Shown piece by piece: positions 26,179-35,542 of a stretch of 64,000 nt of DNA. Position 1 is the first letter of the stretch. Each line of letters opens with the position of its first letter. The notes beneath the pieces were generated by a model. It was given only the letters and a program-made list of their open reading frames with translations, made no database searches and had not been told where the DNA came from. The stretch is from a virus. Its lineage: Duplodnaviria > Caudoviricetes. The stretch covers positions 1 through 64,000 of the IMG/VR virus record IMGVR_UViG_3300032320_000838; one strand, given 5' to 3'. Made by a program: the position numbers and the translations under genes.

Positions 26179-27128
26179 TTAAAGTTGCACTCCATCATCA
26201 ACTGAACGATGCAAGCGGTGAGATTAATCTCGTGATCCGCAACAAATGCTGCTTTGTACTGATAGTCGGCAATAATCAGAATGGCAGGAGGAATACTAGA
26301 AGGTTCCAAGTTCTCCTGTAGAGCATCATACATCTTTCGGAAGATATGTGAAGTATCGTTGTCTAGGTTCATCGTCACCCACTTACGAACATCCTGAAAG
26401 TTCTTACCCTTCATCGCCTTGATCAGTTCCTCTACGGCAATATCCCCCGCTTCGGACAGAATACCGACATCAACAGAACCTGAACGAGAATACCGCTGTA
26501 GTTCGTTGATAAGCCTACGGAAGTCGGGCGAATGCTTGACGATGAGTTTTGCAAGAACCTTCTCATCGAACTCCACCTTCTCGGAAGTGAGAATGAACTT
26601 TGCACGATCCATAAACTTGGATGCAAACTTCATCTTCTCCTTGCTGTCGAACTTAAAGTCGATGCAAGTGCAACGAGAATGAAGGGGTTCGATCACTCGG
26701 TTCTTGAAGTTGCAAGTGAGAATGAACCTACAGTTCTTGGAGAACTCCTCCATAAACCCACGAAGAGCGGGTTGCATCGACTGTGGATTAGCATAATCAA
26801 ACTCGTCTAGGATCACCGCTTTCTTGTTTCCAGAGATGGAAATACTACTGGCAAACTGACGAATCTTTGTTCGCAGTGTGTCAATGTTTCCATCCTCAGA
26901 GCAGTTGATGAGGATCCAATCCGTGTTTAGTTCGTTGCAGAGTGCCTTTGCTACTGTGGTCTTGCCGCAACCAGGTCCACCAGACAGGAGAAGATTCTGG
27001 AGTTCACCAGAATCAACGATCTCCTGAAAGGTGTTCTTGAGGTTGTCGGGAAGAATGCAATCGACAATCCGCTGTGGGCGATACTTCTCCACCCACAGGT
27101 AATTTGCGTTGTCTGTAATCATAATCAC
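26175..27128 (-). CDS. gp44: Clamp loader AAA+ subunit
   Basis: LWVEKYRP, GGPGCGKTT, ILDEFD, PLHSRC. Start is GTG 27128 or ATG 27122. Confidence 0.96.
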   Translation of the reverse strand: MIMITDNANYLWVEKYRPQRIVDCILPDNLKNTFQEIVDSGELQNLLLSGGPGCGKTTVAKALCNELNTDWILINCSEDGNIDTLRTKIRQFASSISISGNKKAVILDEFDYANPQSMQPALRGFMEEFSKNCRFILTCNFKNRVIEPLHSRCTCIDFKFDSKEKMKFASKFMDRAKFILTSEKVEFDEKVLAKLIVKHSPDFRRLINELQRYSRSGSVDVGILSEAGDIAVEELIKAMKGKNFQDVRKWVTMNLDNDTSHIFRKMYDALQENLEPSSIPPAILIIADYQYKAAFVADHEINLTACIVQLMMECNFK

Positions 27129-27811
27129 TTATTAAAGTTAGAGTCGGCTTCGAGAGCGATCCAATAGTTTAGGTTCATCGACTGGTTGCTGAACTTACTT
27201 ACAACCTTCTCACAGATCTCCACATCATAATCACCAGTGAGCAACTTGAGGTTCTCGATCTTGAAGAACATCTCAAACGAGTTGGAACCTTCATATTCAC
27301 CTACACCGATGGAATATGTGTTGCTGCTTACATCTGCCTTATCAAGGGCAGTCATACTGATCAGAGTTCCATCATTAGTTACGGAAATATCAGACACCTG
27401 AAGAACGGATGCTGCCTTCTGCAACTCCGCAAACTTCTTCTGTGTCAGAGTGAAGTTGATGGCAGTAGATGGCATGTTGATCTTCTTGGTCGGAACAGTG
27501 AGCAACTTTGGTTCGCAGTAGTGATACTTGACCGAACCGTTGCTGCCGCTGATGCGAACATACTTCTCCTCAAACTCGAACTCTGGATCATTAAACAAGG
27601 AAACCACACCAAGGAACTTGTTCAGATCCCAAATACCAAACTCGGTGTCAAAGGTTTCTTCCACGGTTGCTTCTGCCAAGACATTCTTGACGGGAGAGAT
27701 AGTGGTGATCTTGTTGCCTGGATGAACAAGAATGTTGGAGTTGATGGACGCAAAGTTCTTAAGGATGTCTAGTGTCTTCTTGGAAATTTTCATCGCTGTT
27801 GTTGTGCTCAT
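27125..27811 (-). CDS. gp45: Sliding clamp
   Basis: ILKNFASINSNI..FGIWDLNKFL..KIENLKLLTGDYDV..YWIALE; GGAG RBS before the ATG at 27811. Confidence 0.93.
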   Translation of the reverse strand: MSTTTAMKISKKTLDILKNFASINSNILVHPGNKITTISPVKNVLAEATVEETFDTEFGIWDLNKFLGVVSLFNDPEFEFEEKYVRISGSNGSVKYHYCEPKLLTVPTKKINMPSTAINFTLTQKKFAELQKAASVLQVSDISVTNDGTLISMTALDKADVSSNTYSIGVGEYEGSNSFEMFFKIENLKLLTGDYDVEICEKVVSKFSNQSMNLNYWIALEADSNFNK

Positions 27812-27826
27812 AATATATTTCTCCAA

Positions 27827-28363
27827 TCACTTTGGATTGCTATGCTGTGTAATATACTCTATACCGTACCGCTTTTCCAGTTCTTTCTTTCTGGAATTCT
27901 CACTTACTCCTTCTTCGGAAGGAGCATAGTCGCTAAATCCTGGCATCTTAAACGGACAGGAAACCTTTGGATAATCTAGTTTGGAATACTGTGACTCACC
28001 ATTAATGGTCATGTTGATCAACTGAGTGCCTTTCTTGTCTCCACAACCACAAGCACCACAGTAATACGATCCTTCGTACTTTGCACTTTGTTTTCTTTCC
28101 GAGCAGGGAGGGAGAAGATCTGTGTTGTCCCCGTGACAACTGAAAAGCCTCAGAACCTTGGTTTCACCGCTGCATTCTTTCTTAGAAAATCCCTTGGAAA
28201 GAACTGCTTCTGCATATGTCTTTGCTTTGGCAAAGACAGAAGCATCTTTATGCTCTACTTTTTCATCTTTTAGTTTCTTGAAGGCTTCTTGCTCTTCTAG
28301 CAACTTTTTATTGATTTCTACAACATCTTCGTCGGTGAGTTTACTTTTTCTTGGATTTTCCAT
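27827..28363 (-). CDS. Cys-rich putative metal-binding protein
   Basis: Seven Cys including YYCGACGC and SCP; GAGG RBS before the ATG at 28363. Confidence 0.65.
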   Translation of the reverse strand: MENPRKSKLTDEDVVEINKKLLEEQEAFKKLKDEKVEHKDASVFAKAKTYAEAVLSKGFSKKECSGETKVLRLFSCHGDNTDLLPPCSERKQSAKYEGSYYCGACGCGDKKGTQLINMTINGESQYSKLDYPKVSCPFKMPGFSDYAPSEEGVSENSRKKELEKRYGIEYITQHSNPK

Positions 28364-28526
28364 GGTCGTCTTCCTCGTAATCTGGGAAATCTTCTTCATC
28401 CACATTACCAAAAGTGAACTCTCGTAGATGCGCCTTTTCAGAGTTGCGAGTATTCTTCTTCATCTGCTTTCGTACTCGGCGGCGATCACGATCATCATAA
28501 TCGTCATTATGAAAACTTCTACCCAT
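28341..28526 (-). CDS. Small, highly charged hypothetical protein
   Basis: AGGGG RBS; D/E/R/K-rich, 61 aa. Confidence 0.6.
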   Translation of the reverse strand: MGRSFHNDDYDDRDRRRVRKQMKKNTRNSEKAHLREFTFGNVDEEDFPDYEEDDHGKSKKK

Positions 28527-28527
28527 A

Positions 28528-28953
28528 TTATTCCCCTAATAGATCAGGAAATGCCTTAAGGGCAAGTTCCTTGCTGATGTATGGCAATTCCGTCTTGAGA
28601 ATGATCGCTTCCAAGATCGGTGTTTCCGTCCAGTGTATTATTTCCAATATGTTGGAAAGTTTTCTGTTTCGAATAGCATCATTCTTGATGTATTGATTGG
28701 TATTCAAAAAGAACGGAATACGAACATATTCCCTGTGCAGACCACTGATGCTCAACCCTACAGGGGAATCATCTGGCCGATAAGGCGGGATGCTGGTGTA
28801 TGATGTGGTGAACCTGTCATCATAGGCAAAACGAAGAAGTGCAAGAAGTGCAGTACCCTTGCTTCTTCGCAGAAAATCAATCTTGTCTTCTTCTGTTTGT
28901 AGTTTGCCTACTGTCAGGAAAATATCTGAAATAAAATCTGCTTGGGTTTTCAT
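28528..28953 (-). CDS. Conserved T4-like phage hypothetical protein (DUF6433-like)
   Basis: KIDFLR..ALLALLRFAYD..PPYRPDDSP.G..LHREY..ILEIIH.E pattern recalled from T4-like phages. Confidence 0.6.
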   Translation of the reverse strand: MKTQADFISDIFLTVGKLQTEEDKIDFLRRSKGTALLALLRFAYDDRFTTSYTSIPPYRPDDSPVGLSISGLHREYVRIPFFLNTNQYIKNDAIRNRKLSNILEIIHWTETPILEAIILKTELPYISKELALKAFPDLLGE

Positions 28954-29789
28954 TATATCAACTCATCAACGCTTTCTAGAATAAGTTTCATATTATTCTT
29001 GACAAGATAATCAAACACCTTGCCCTTGTTTCCTGCATATGGAACAGCATATTCGTTGAGAATATTCTGCTCGATGTCCTCTGGTATGTATGCAAGATCC
29101 ACTAGATTTTTGTTTCTGTCGAAGTTTCTTTCGTGTTCTGGGGGAACACCATCGAACGCCCAGTCGTTTACCTTCTTTGTAGAAAGTGGCTTCTGACGCT
29201 TGGTGTCGTTCACAAAGGTGTCGTCATCCGACAGAATATTTGGCACACCGTCACCAGTGTCGCCACGGAGAATGTGTTCGAACAGATGCTTCTCGGGATT
29301 CTCGCACTTCAGAAAGTCCTTGTGAATAGGACTGAACTGCACGATATTCGGAAAGCGTTGCAGTTGCTGAAAATCCTTATCGCTAGAGACAATAAGGATC
29401 TTCTCCTGTGTGTGAAACTTCTTTGCAAGAGTGGCAATAATGTCGTCCGCTTCGCAGCGGTCAACTCGCATATTCTTGTAAGGAAAGTTCTCCATAATCT
29501 CTTGACGAATCTTGGTCAAGATTTCGAAGATCTTATCCCACTGCTCCTTGTCCTTATCATGGGCCTTCTTACGGTTAGCCTTGTAATGTGGAAACATCTC
29601 CCTACGCCAAGGATTAGCGGAGTCCTGACAGATGACAAGATCACCGTATTCGTCCTTAAAACGAGTTCGGTACATTCTGTATGTGTTGATCACGATATGT
29701 CGAACGACATCTTCAGACACATCGTTCATATTCTTGTATTGTGAGAAGATACTTGCAATCAAAATTTGTGTATTGTCGATGAGAATCAT
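28953..29789 (-). CDS. rnh: T4 RNase H-type 5'-3' exonuclease
   Basis: ILID, WRR..FPHYKANR, EADDII, SSDKDFQQL, GDTGDGVPNILS; ATGA overlap at the start. Confidence 0.93.
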   Translation of the reverse strand: MILIDNTQILIASIFSQYKNMNDVSEDVVRHIVINTYRMYRTRFKDEYGDLVICQDSANPWRREMFPHYKANRKKAHDKDKEQWDKIFEILTKIRQEIMENFPYKNMRVDRCEADDIIATLAKKFHTQEKILIVSSDKDFQQLQRFPNIVQFSPIHKDFLKCENPEKHLFEHILRGDTGDGVPNILSDDDTFVNDTKRQKPLSTKKVNDWAFDGVPPEHERNFDRNKNLVDLAYIPEDIEQNILNEYAVPYAGNKGKVFDYLVKNNMKLILESVDELI

Positions 29790-30889
29790 TTTGTAATCGC
29801 TTGCAGAATAATGCACTGCTCGTTGACTTTACCGTTTACTGGCTTTTCTTTTGTCTTAATCTCGCCGAATGCGTTGTTGATGGCACGAATACCACCCAAG
29901 AACTTACTGACAGACTTCTTTGGATCTCGTACCTTCTTCATAGTGGATGTCTTGATGTCGTAGTTGAGAATCTTGTTTCCCTTGACACTCAAGCCACTTG
30001 ACAGTTCCGACGAGTTGTATACAGCAACAACCTGTGTCTTGGTATTATACACCACAAGTCGGTTCGCACCGATTATTTCCGCAGGATTGATTGATTTGAT
30101 GGAGAGTTCTGCAAACTCTTTCATATAAACCATCTTAGACACCAGTTGCTCTGGAGTCTTTTGCTTCTTCTTGCGGGGTTTACGATTGGTCTTCGCTACG
30201 CTCACCTGCTCCTTGGCAAGAGTGATGATCTCTGTATAGAAATCGGCATACTTTCTTAGACCTGGTTTCGACAACCAAGAGTATGCCTCCTTCATATCCT
30301 TGTCCCCTTCTAGGGCCAGATTGATGTCATCTAGACGAGGTTGGAAATGAGTAGAAATGAAATCCGCTTGAGCGGCTTTTACTTCATGTCGCTTAAACCA
30401 TTCCACAAGATCATAAGAATGCTTCTTACTGTTCTTGAGTGCCACTGCCAAGGAATCTATTTCCAACTCCAAAGAACAAATAAGCCTATGTGCTTTTTCT
30501 TTAATGTGATCCTGTACACTCAGTTTTGGCGCATCTTCTACTGGTTTAGTAGCGGTTTTCTCCAAAAGATAGTTGATACTGTCCTTGAGTTTCTTGGATG
30601 CATCTTCTGGAAGAGACACACCACGGGACACCATTCTGCCATAAGCAGCGGCAGCGAAGTATTCGTATGCTTTCTTTGGTCCCTTGACTGCTCTGGAGAT
30701 TTCATCTTTAGAAAAAGATTGCTTCTCCATATATTCCTTGATGAACTTTGGATACATCTTTGCTGGCGCATTCCTGTACCAATTAAGGGCACTAGGAATC
30801 TGGCCATCATCCGTTACATCGGGTTCGGAGCCAATAAGAACACTGATGGGATCAGATCCCTTACTGAGTGTTTTGTATCGCTTAGTCAT
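29786..30889 (-). CDS. Conserved hypothetical protein
   Basis: 367-aa intact ORF with its own sigma70 promoter; ALNWY..VVYNTK..KKVRDP pattern. Confidence 0.75.
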   Translation of the reverse strand: MTKRYKTLSKGSDPISVLIGSEPDVTDDGQIPSALNWYRNAPAKMYPKFIKEYMEKQSFSKDEISRAVKGPKKAYEYFAAAAYGRMVSRGVSLPEDASKKLKDSINYLLEKTATKPVEDAPKLSVQDHIKEKAHRLICSLELEIDSLAVALKNSKKHSYDLVEWFKRHEVKAAQADFISTHFQPRLDDINLALEGDKDMKEAYSWLSKPGLRKYADFYTEIITLAKEQVSVAKTNRKPRKKKQKTPEQLVSKMVYMKEFAELSIKSINPAEIIGANRLVVYNTKTQVVAVYNSSELSSGLSVKGNKILNYDIKTSTMKKVRDPKKSVSKFLGGIRAINNAFGEIKTKEKPVNGKVNEQCIILQAITK

Positions 30890-30895
30890 ATCAAT

Positions 30896-30923
30896 ATTCT
30901 ACAACAAGATACACCGAAGTCAA
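30896..30923 (-). promoter_or_regulatory. sigma70-type promoter TTGACT-N16-TAGAAT
   Basis: -35 at 30923-30918 and -10 at 30901-30896; the ATG starts 7 nt past the -10 end. Confidence 0.65.
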
Positions 30924-30924
30924 G

Positions 30925-32502
30925 TCAAGGTTTCCAGAATACAAACACAGGTTCATATTTTAAATACCGCCCATCCACCTTGCAGTAGTTCTTACACTTA
31001 GGAATACCATCTTCACCGATACGGTTGGTTCCAGGCATAGGTTCTAGAGCCATCTTTACAGTCATCTTGTATTTCATTCCAAGTTCTTCTAGTATCTTTC
31101 TAGAATCCTCTTCCAGTGGCAGATAATCCCCCTTTACAAGAAGATCAGCAATATTCCAAAGCAAATAACGCTGTGGTCGCAACCACTCGACACAGGTTTC
31201 TAGAGTAGGTCGTAGAAACCCATCTCTCCAGTTTTCATATGAAGAAAACTTCTTGTAGGATTGATTAGAGTCCTCGGAATATGCCTCTCTATTAAAATAT
31301 GGCGGAGAGGTGAAAACTAGATCTACTTTTCCTTTGTGCTCGGCGAATCTTTCATTATTTCTAATAACTTCTGATCCAAGCATATGGACTTCGTAAGTGT
31401 TTGTCTCGGAGAAGAATCCGCTTCCCCTGTATGTCTTGGTGTTGTAAAAATCCGCAATACAGCCGTATTTACCACACGGATGCATCCCTTCAGGATAGTT
31501 CTCGGGATTAGTACCCACATAATGAACTCTACGGTCATCACGCACAGACATAGCACCAAGAATACGACCACCCCAACCACTGGATGGGTCGTATATGACA
31601 ACTCGGTCTTGGTCCTTGCAGTGTTCCGTGAACCGTTCATAGAGGTACTTTGCTGTGAGTGGAGGAAAGTTTACTGCCGGCTGTATGTATCCGATTCGAA
31701 ACGAAGCAAACCCTGCTGGAAATACTTTTTCACCTTTTTTATAGATACGCAGAGCATATATTCTATCGTCTGGTAGATTGTCCGCATCGAATGTGGAATA
31801 ATGTCTATAAGACATCTTTGATTTCCACTTGACGAACTGTTCTTTAGAAAGATGCAAGATCTTGTTTTGTTCGATCTGGAAATAACCAGAGTTCAGTCCC
31901 TCTCTTGGCTCCACTTGCTCCAGCATAAAATCATATCCAACGAACACAGAAGGATTACTAAAGAAAGCATCCATCCACTCATCAGCGTTATTCACATCCA
32001 CTATGGAATACTTCTTGTCGTTGCGAATAGCAGACAGCGCGTGCTTGTACATAGAGTCACGACGAAGATGACGCATAGCACCTTTGACTACACGGGGAAG
32101 AAACTCGTCTTTTGCGAATAGATCGTAGATAGAATACCCCGTATCCTTGTCTGAATAATTGATACGAGTCTTAAACATATTGGAGAAGAACTGATCGACC
32201 TCCACACCTACTCTCGACTTATTGATAATCACATCGTCTGGTGTGTTGGAAAGTTGATCTGAGTTGGTGAATTCGTGTACAGGAAACGACTCAAGCCGAT
32301 TAAACTGCTCGATGATTTCCTGCTCGGTCTTACCTGTTCTTGGCGGACAACCATTCGTATCCCACGAATGCAGGATTTCTTTTCGCATATCTCCCACCCA
32401 CTTCTCGAAATCTTGTGGTGTCATTTCAAGAAGATCCTCAAAGAGAACATTTATCTTTGAGTTGATCACATAATCGTTGCGTTCATAATATGGTTTGTTC
32501 AT
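30925..32502 (-). CDS. Amino (N4-C or N6-A) DNA methyltransferase with long N-terminal region
   Basis: SAM-binding YDPSSGWGGRILG and catalytic DLVFTSPPYF. Confidence 0.85.
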   Translation of the reverse strand: MNKPYYERNDYVINSKINVLFEDLLEMTPQDFEKWVGDMRKEILHSWDTNGCPPRTGKTEQEIIEQFNRLESFPVHEFTNSDQLSNTPDDVIINKSRVGVEVDQFFSNMFKTRINYSDKDTGYSIYDLFAKDEFLPRVVKGAMRHLRRDSMYKHALSAIRNDKKYSIVDVNNADEWMDAFFSNPSVFVGYDFMLEQVEPREGLNSGYFQIEQNKILHLSKEQFVKWKSKMSYRHYSTFDADNLPDDRIYALRIYKKGEKVFPAGFASFRIGYIQPAVNFPPLTAKYLYERFTEHCKDQDRVVIYDPSSGWGGRILGAMSVRDDRRVHYVGTNPENYPEGMHPCGKYGCIADFYNTKTYRGSGFFSETNTYEVHMLGSEVIRNNERFAEHKGKVDLVFTSPPYFNREAYSEDSNQSYKKFSSYENWRDGFLRPTLETCVEWLRPQRYLLWNIADLLVKGDYLPLEEDSRKILEELGMKYKMTVKMALEPMPGTNRIGEDGIPKCKNYCKVDGRYLKYEPVFVFWKP

Positions 32503-32651
32503 TTTTTCTTTCCTAGATTAACAAGCAAAATAACTAGATCCCATATCCAAAAAAGTAAAAACACCAAAGTGGCAGAAACTATCAATCCAATATGGACTAG
32601 AAAATAAGTAACAACATCAAATATTGTATTTTTTACTTTTTGTAAGTACAT
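32499..32651 (-). CDS. Small membrane protein (50 aa, not in the ORF track)
   Basis: MYLQKVKNTIFDVVTYFLVHIGLIVSATLVFLLFWIWDLVILLVNLGKKK: long hydrophobic segment; stop overlaps the MTase ATG (ATGA). Confidence 0.6.
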   Translation of the reverse strand: MYLQKVKNTIFDVVTYFLVHIGLIVSATLVFLLFWIWDLVILLVNLGKKK

Positions 32652-33406
32652 AGAATTATACCTTTTCCATCACCATTATCAATCAAATAATTAAGATTAG
32701 ATTCATCTGTCCAACACCCACAGTTAAGATAATGAATCTTTCCTATCATCTTATCTGCTGGTTCGTGAATATGTCCGCACACTACACCATCATATCCGTT
32801 TTGTTCTGCGTAGGTCGCAAGATGCTTCTCAAAGTTTCCTATGAACATCGTTGCTTTTTTAAACTTTACTTTTACATATTTGGATAAAGATGAATACTTA
32901 AATCCTAGTTTTTTTCTAAACCAATTATACCATTCATTTACATCAATCAACAACTCATATCCAACATCACCTATTTTAGAAACAAATGTGCCTATTTTAT
33001 ATTTACATACTAAGTCGAATTGATGTCCGTGAAGAACCAAATATCGTCTACCATCCGATGCAACATAATCGCATCTTTCGTGTAAATGCACTCCTCCGAA
33101 AGATTTTGATTCGGAAAAACGATGCATAAACTCATCGTGATTTCCCCAAATGTAATGAACTTGTCCGTGTTTTGCTTTCTTCAGTAATCTCCTAATGCAG
33201 TCAACATGATGCGTCTGTGTATCAACTCCCATCTTAAATACTTGTTTAAATCTCCAAATATCAATAACATCTCCGACTAAGTAAATACAAGAACTAGAAT
33301 CATTTTTTATAAAATCAGACAAAAGTTTTGCTTTACATTTATTTGATGCTATATGCAAATCCGATATAAAAAGTGTCTGTTTATAATCAAAGTATGATTT
33401 GTTCAT
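32633..33406 (-). CDS. PlcP/LpxH-like calcineurin-family metallophosphoesterase
   Basis: ISDLH, VGDVID, WGNHDE, LHGHQFD, CGHIH, NCGCW plus an amphipathic lid WYNWFRKKLGFKYSSLSKY. Confidence 0.85.
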   Translation of the reverse strand: MNKSYFDYKQTLFISDLHIASNKCKAKLLSDFIKNDSSSCIYLVGDVIDIWRFKQVFKMGVDTQTHHVDCIRRLLKKAKHGQVHYIWGNHDEFMHRFSESKSFGGVHLHERCDYVASDGRRYLVLHGHQFDLVCKYKIGTFVSKIGDVGYELLIDVNEWYNWFRKKLGFKYSSLSKYVKVKFKKATMFIGNFEKHLATYAEQNGYDGVVCGHIHEPADKMIGKIHYLNCGCWTDESNLNYLIDNGDGKGIILCTYKK

Positions 33407-33839
33407 TTGAATACCTGAATATTAGTCCTGCTAGGGTTCCGTTCATCCACTTTACTGTACCAACTTCGGAGAAGCCACTTTTCTCATAAAAAGCAGTTGC
33501 TCTTGAGTTGTCTCCACGAACACTCAACCAAACTGCTGGCAAGTTGAGCGAAGATATGTAGGCAAGAAACTGCTTGAGAACTTCCTTTGCTTTACCGTTT
33601 CCTTCATTACCATTCACGATCTGATGAAGCATACAGTTGTTTCTTGGTATGGAGCAAGTTCCCACTCTGGTTCTCTTTTTGTATATACTGAAGATAATCA
33701 CGACACCATCTTGATACACGCACCTACCGCTGCTTATAGCGCGCATCAGGTAATCGTATCTTATATGAGGGAAAAAATCTACCCTCTTTCTGAAGATTTC
33801 GTATATCTCCTTACTTTGTTCTTTTGTAGCAAATATCAT
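33387..33839 (-). CDS. GNAT acetyltransferase
   Basis: LHQIV..EGNGKA (motif A) and WLSVRGDNSRATAFYEKSGF (motif B). Confidence 0.85.
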   Translation of the reverse strand: MIFATKEQSKEIYEIFRKRVDFFPHIRYDYLMRAISSGRCVYQDGVVIIFSIYKKRTRVGTCSIPRNNCMLHQIVNGNEGNGKAKEVLKQFLAYISSLNLPAVWLSVRGDNSRATAFYEKSGFSEVGTVKWMNGTLAGLIFRYSNEQIIL

Positions 33840-35536
33840 AGCATTTTACTGAAGTTGTTCTTCTTGATGAAGGAAATGTGTTGCTGGAACTTGTCTTGCA
33901 AAAGTTCCTTTGATTTATGTGAGATGACATAGATGTTTGTGTCTGTACCGAACGACTTGAGAATATTGAGGAACGACTCGGTTGCATAATCATCCAAACT
34001 TCCATCAAGGACTTCATCAAAAATCAACAGATTACAACTCAAGGAGTTCTTGATGGCAGCAATCTTTCTCCAAGCAAACAGAAGAGCCAAGTCAATCTTA
34101 CGCTTCTCACCTTCACTGAAACTATCATATGTGAAGATGTCTCGGTGACGGGACTTGATGGTTTCTTCGAAAGATTCGCTCAACTCAAACTGAACAAAGA
34201 AATCCATCTGTGCCAGATACTTATTGATTACCTTGTTCATAATAGGCAGATAATGCTTGATGATCTTACCTTTGATGCCACTATCCTTGAGAAGAGATGC
34301 TGCGATAGTGTGATAGTGAACATCCTCGACTATGGTCTTTCTGTTCTCAGTTGCATTAAGACCTTCTTGTACTAGCAGATTGAACTTTTCCTTCTCATCG
34401 TCCACATTCTTTGTATCGTTTGCCGCTTTATTGATCTGTTCGGTGGTCTTGTTGATTATACCTTTGGCAAAAGCAATCTTTGCATTATTCAACTGAATCT
34501 GCTTGTTTAGATCAGTTATTGATTTGTTTGTCTTGGAGTTGCTTTCAATATGATCTTTGATCACCTTCATTCTTCCAAGAACTGTTGTTTTCTTGGAACT
34601 TAGATTGGATAGATCTTCCTTGAGGACCTTTGTTATGCTTTGCTTATGTTCCTCGCAGAGATCTTGCTTACAACGAGTACACGAACTGTTCTTCTCATAG
34701 AAGGATATTTCCTTTTCCAACTTGCTCTCTTCCGTCTCTATCTTGGACAGTTCGATGTCCTGAATAGCCATATCCGTTGGAATGAGTTTTTTCTCCAACT
34801 CATCAACTTGTGTGAGCAGTTTTTCGTTCTCTTCAGTCAGAGTTTCTATTTCTTTTCTATACTCCTCAAGAGAACTGTGCGATTTCTCTATTTGCTCCTT
34901 GTTGGAACTCTCTAGAGTTTTCACCAGTTTCTTCTGACCCTCTGCTCTTTCTCGCAATAGGACTATCTTGGTGTCCGCATCCTTCTGCTGATCCTTTAGA
35001 AGAGACAACTTTCCTTTTAGAAGAATATTCATATTGGAGAATACATCTATATCCAATAGGTTCTCTACGACCGATCTACGCTCCGCCGCAGTTAGACGCA
35101 TAAACGGAACATAGTTGGTGGAACCAAGAATAACCACCTGGCAAAAGGATTTGTAAGACATTCGCAGGATCTGATCCTCGAACATCTTCTGGTAATCCTT
35201 GTTTGTGGCATCTTGATCTATTAGTTTGCCATCTTTGTATATCTCAAAGAACTTTGGAGCAATACCACGACGAACCTTGTACTTGATCCCAGATACATCA
35301 AACTCGATTTCCGTCACACAATCTTTTTGATTGATCGAGTTCACTAGTTGAGGTATGTTGATGTTTCTATAAGGTTTGCCAAATAAACAAAACACAATAG
35401 CGTCAAGAACAGTGGTCTTACCAGCACCATTCTCGCCGCTAATCAGTGTTGTTTCAGTTTTGTTGAGTTGTAACTCTGTAAAGACATTACCTGTTGAGAG
35501 AAAGTTTCTCCAACGGATCTTCTCAAATTTGATCAT
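33836..35536 (-). CDS. gp46: Rad50/SbcC-like recombination ATPase
   Basis: GENGAGKTT, zinc hook CTRC, signature FSEGEK, LIFDEVLDGSLD. Confidence 0.96.
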   Translation of the reverse strand: MIKFEKIRWRNFLSTGNVFTELQLNKTETTLISGENGAGKTTVLDAIVFCLFGKPYRNINIPQLVNSINQKDCVTEIEFDVSGIKYKVRRGIAPKFFEIYKDGKLIDQDATNKDYQKMFEDQILRMSYKSFCQVVILGSTNYVPFMRLTAAERRSVVENLLDIDVFSNMNILLKGKLSLLKDQQKDADTKIVLLRERAEGQKKLVKTLESSNKEQIEKSHSSLEEYRKEIETLTEENEKLLTQVDELEKKLIPTDMAIQDIELSKIETEESKLEKEISFYEKNSSCTRCKQDLCEEHKQSITKVLKEDLSNLSSKKTTVLGRMKVIKDHIESNSKTNKSITDLNKQIQLNNAKIAFAKGIINKTTEQINKAANDTKNVDDEKEKFNLLVQEGLNATENRKTIVEDVHYHTIAASLLKDSGIKGKIIKHYLPIMNKVINKYLAQMDFFVQFELSESFEETIKSRHRDIFTYDSFSEGEKRKIDLALLFAWRKIAAIKNSLSCNLLIFDEVLDGSLDDYATESFLNILKSFGTDTNIYVISHKSKELLQDKFQQHISFIKKNNFSKML

Positions 35537-35542
35537 AATAAA

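Noticed and set aside
30925-32502. Complete restriction-modification system
   Set aside because: No recognisable restriction endonuclease is adjacent; treated as an orphan methyltransferase.
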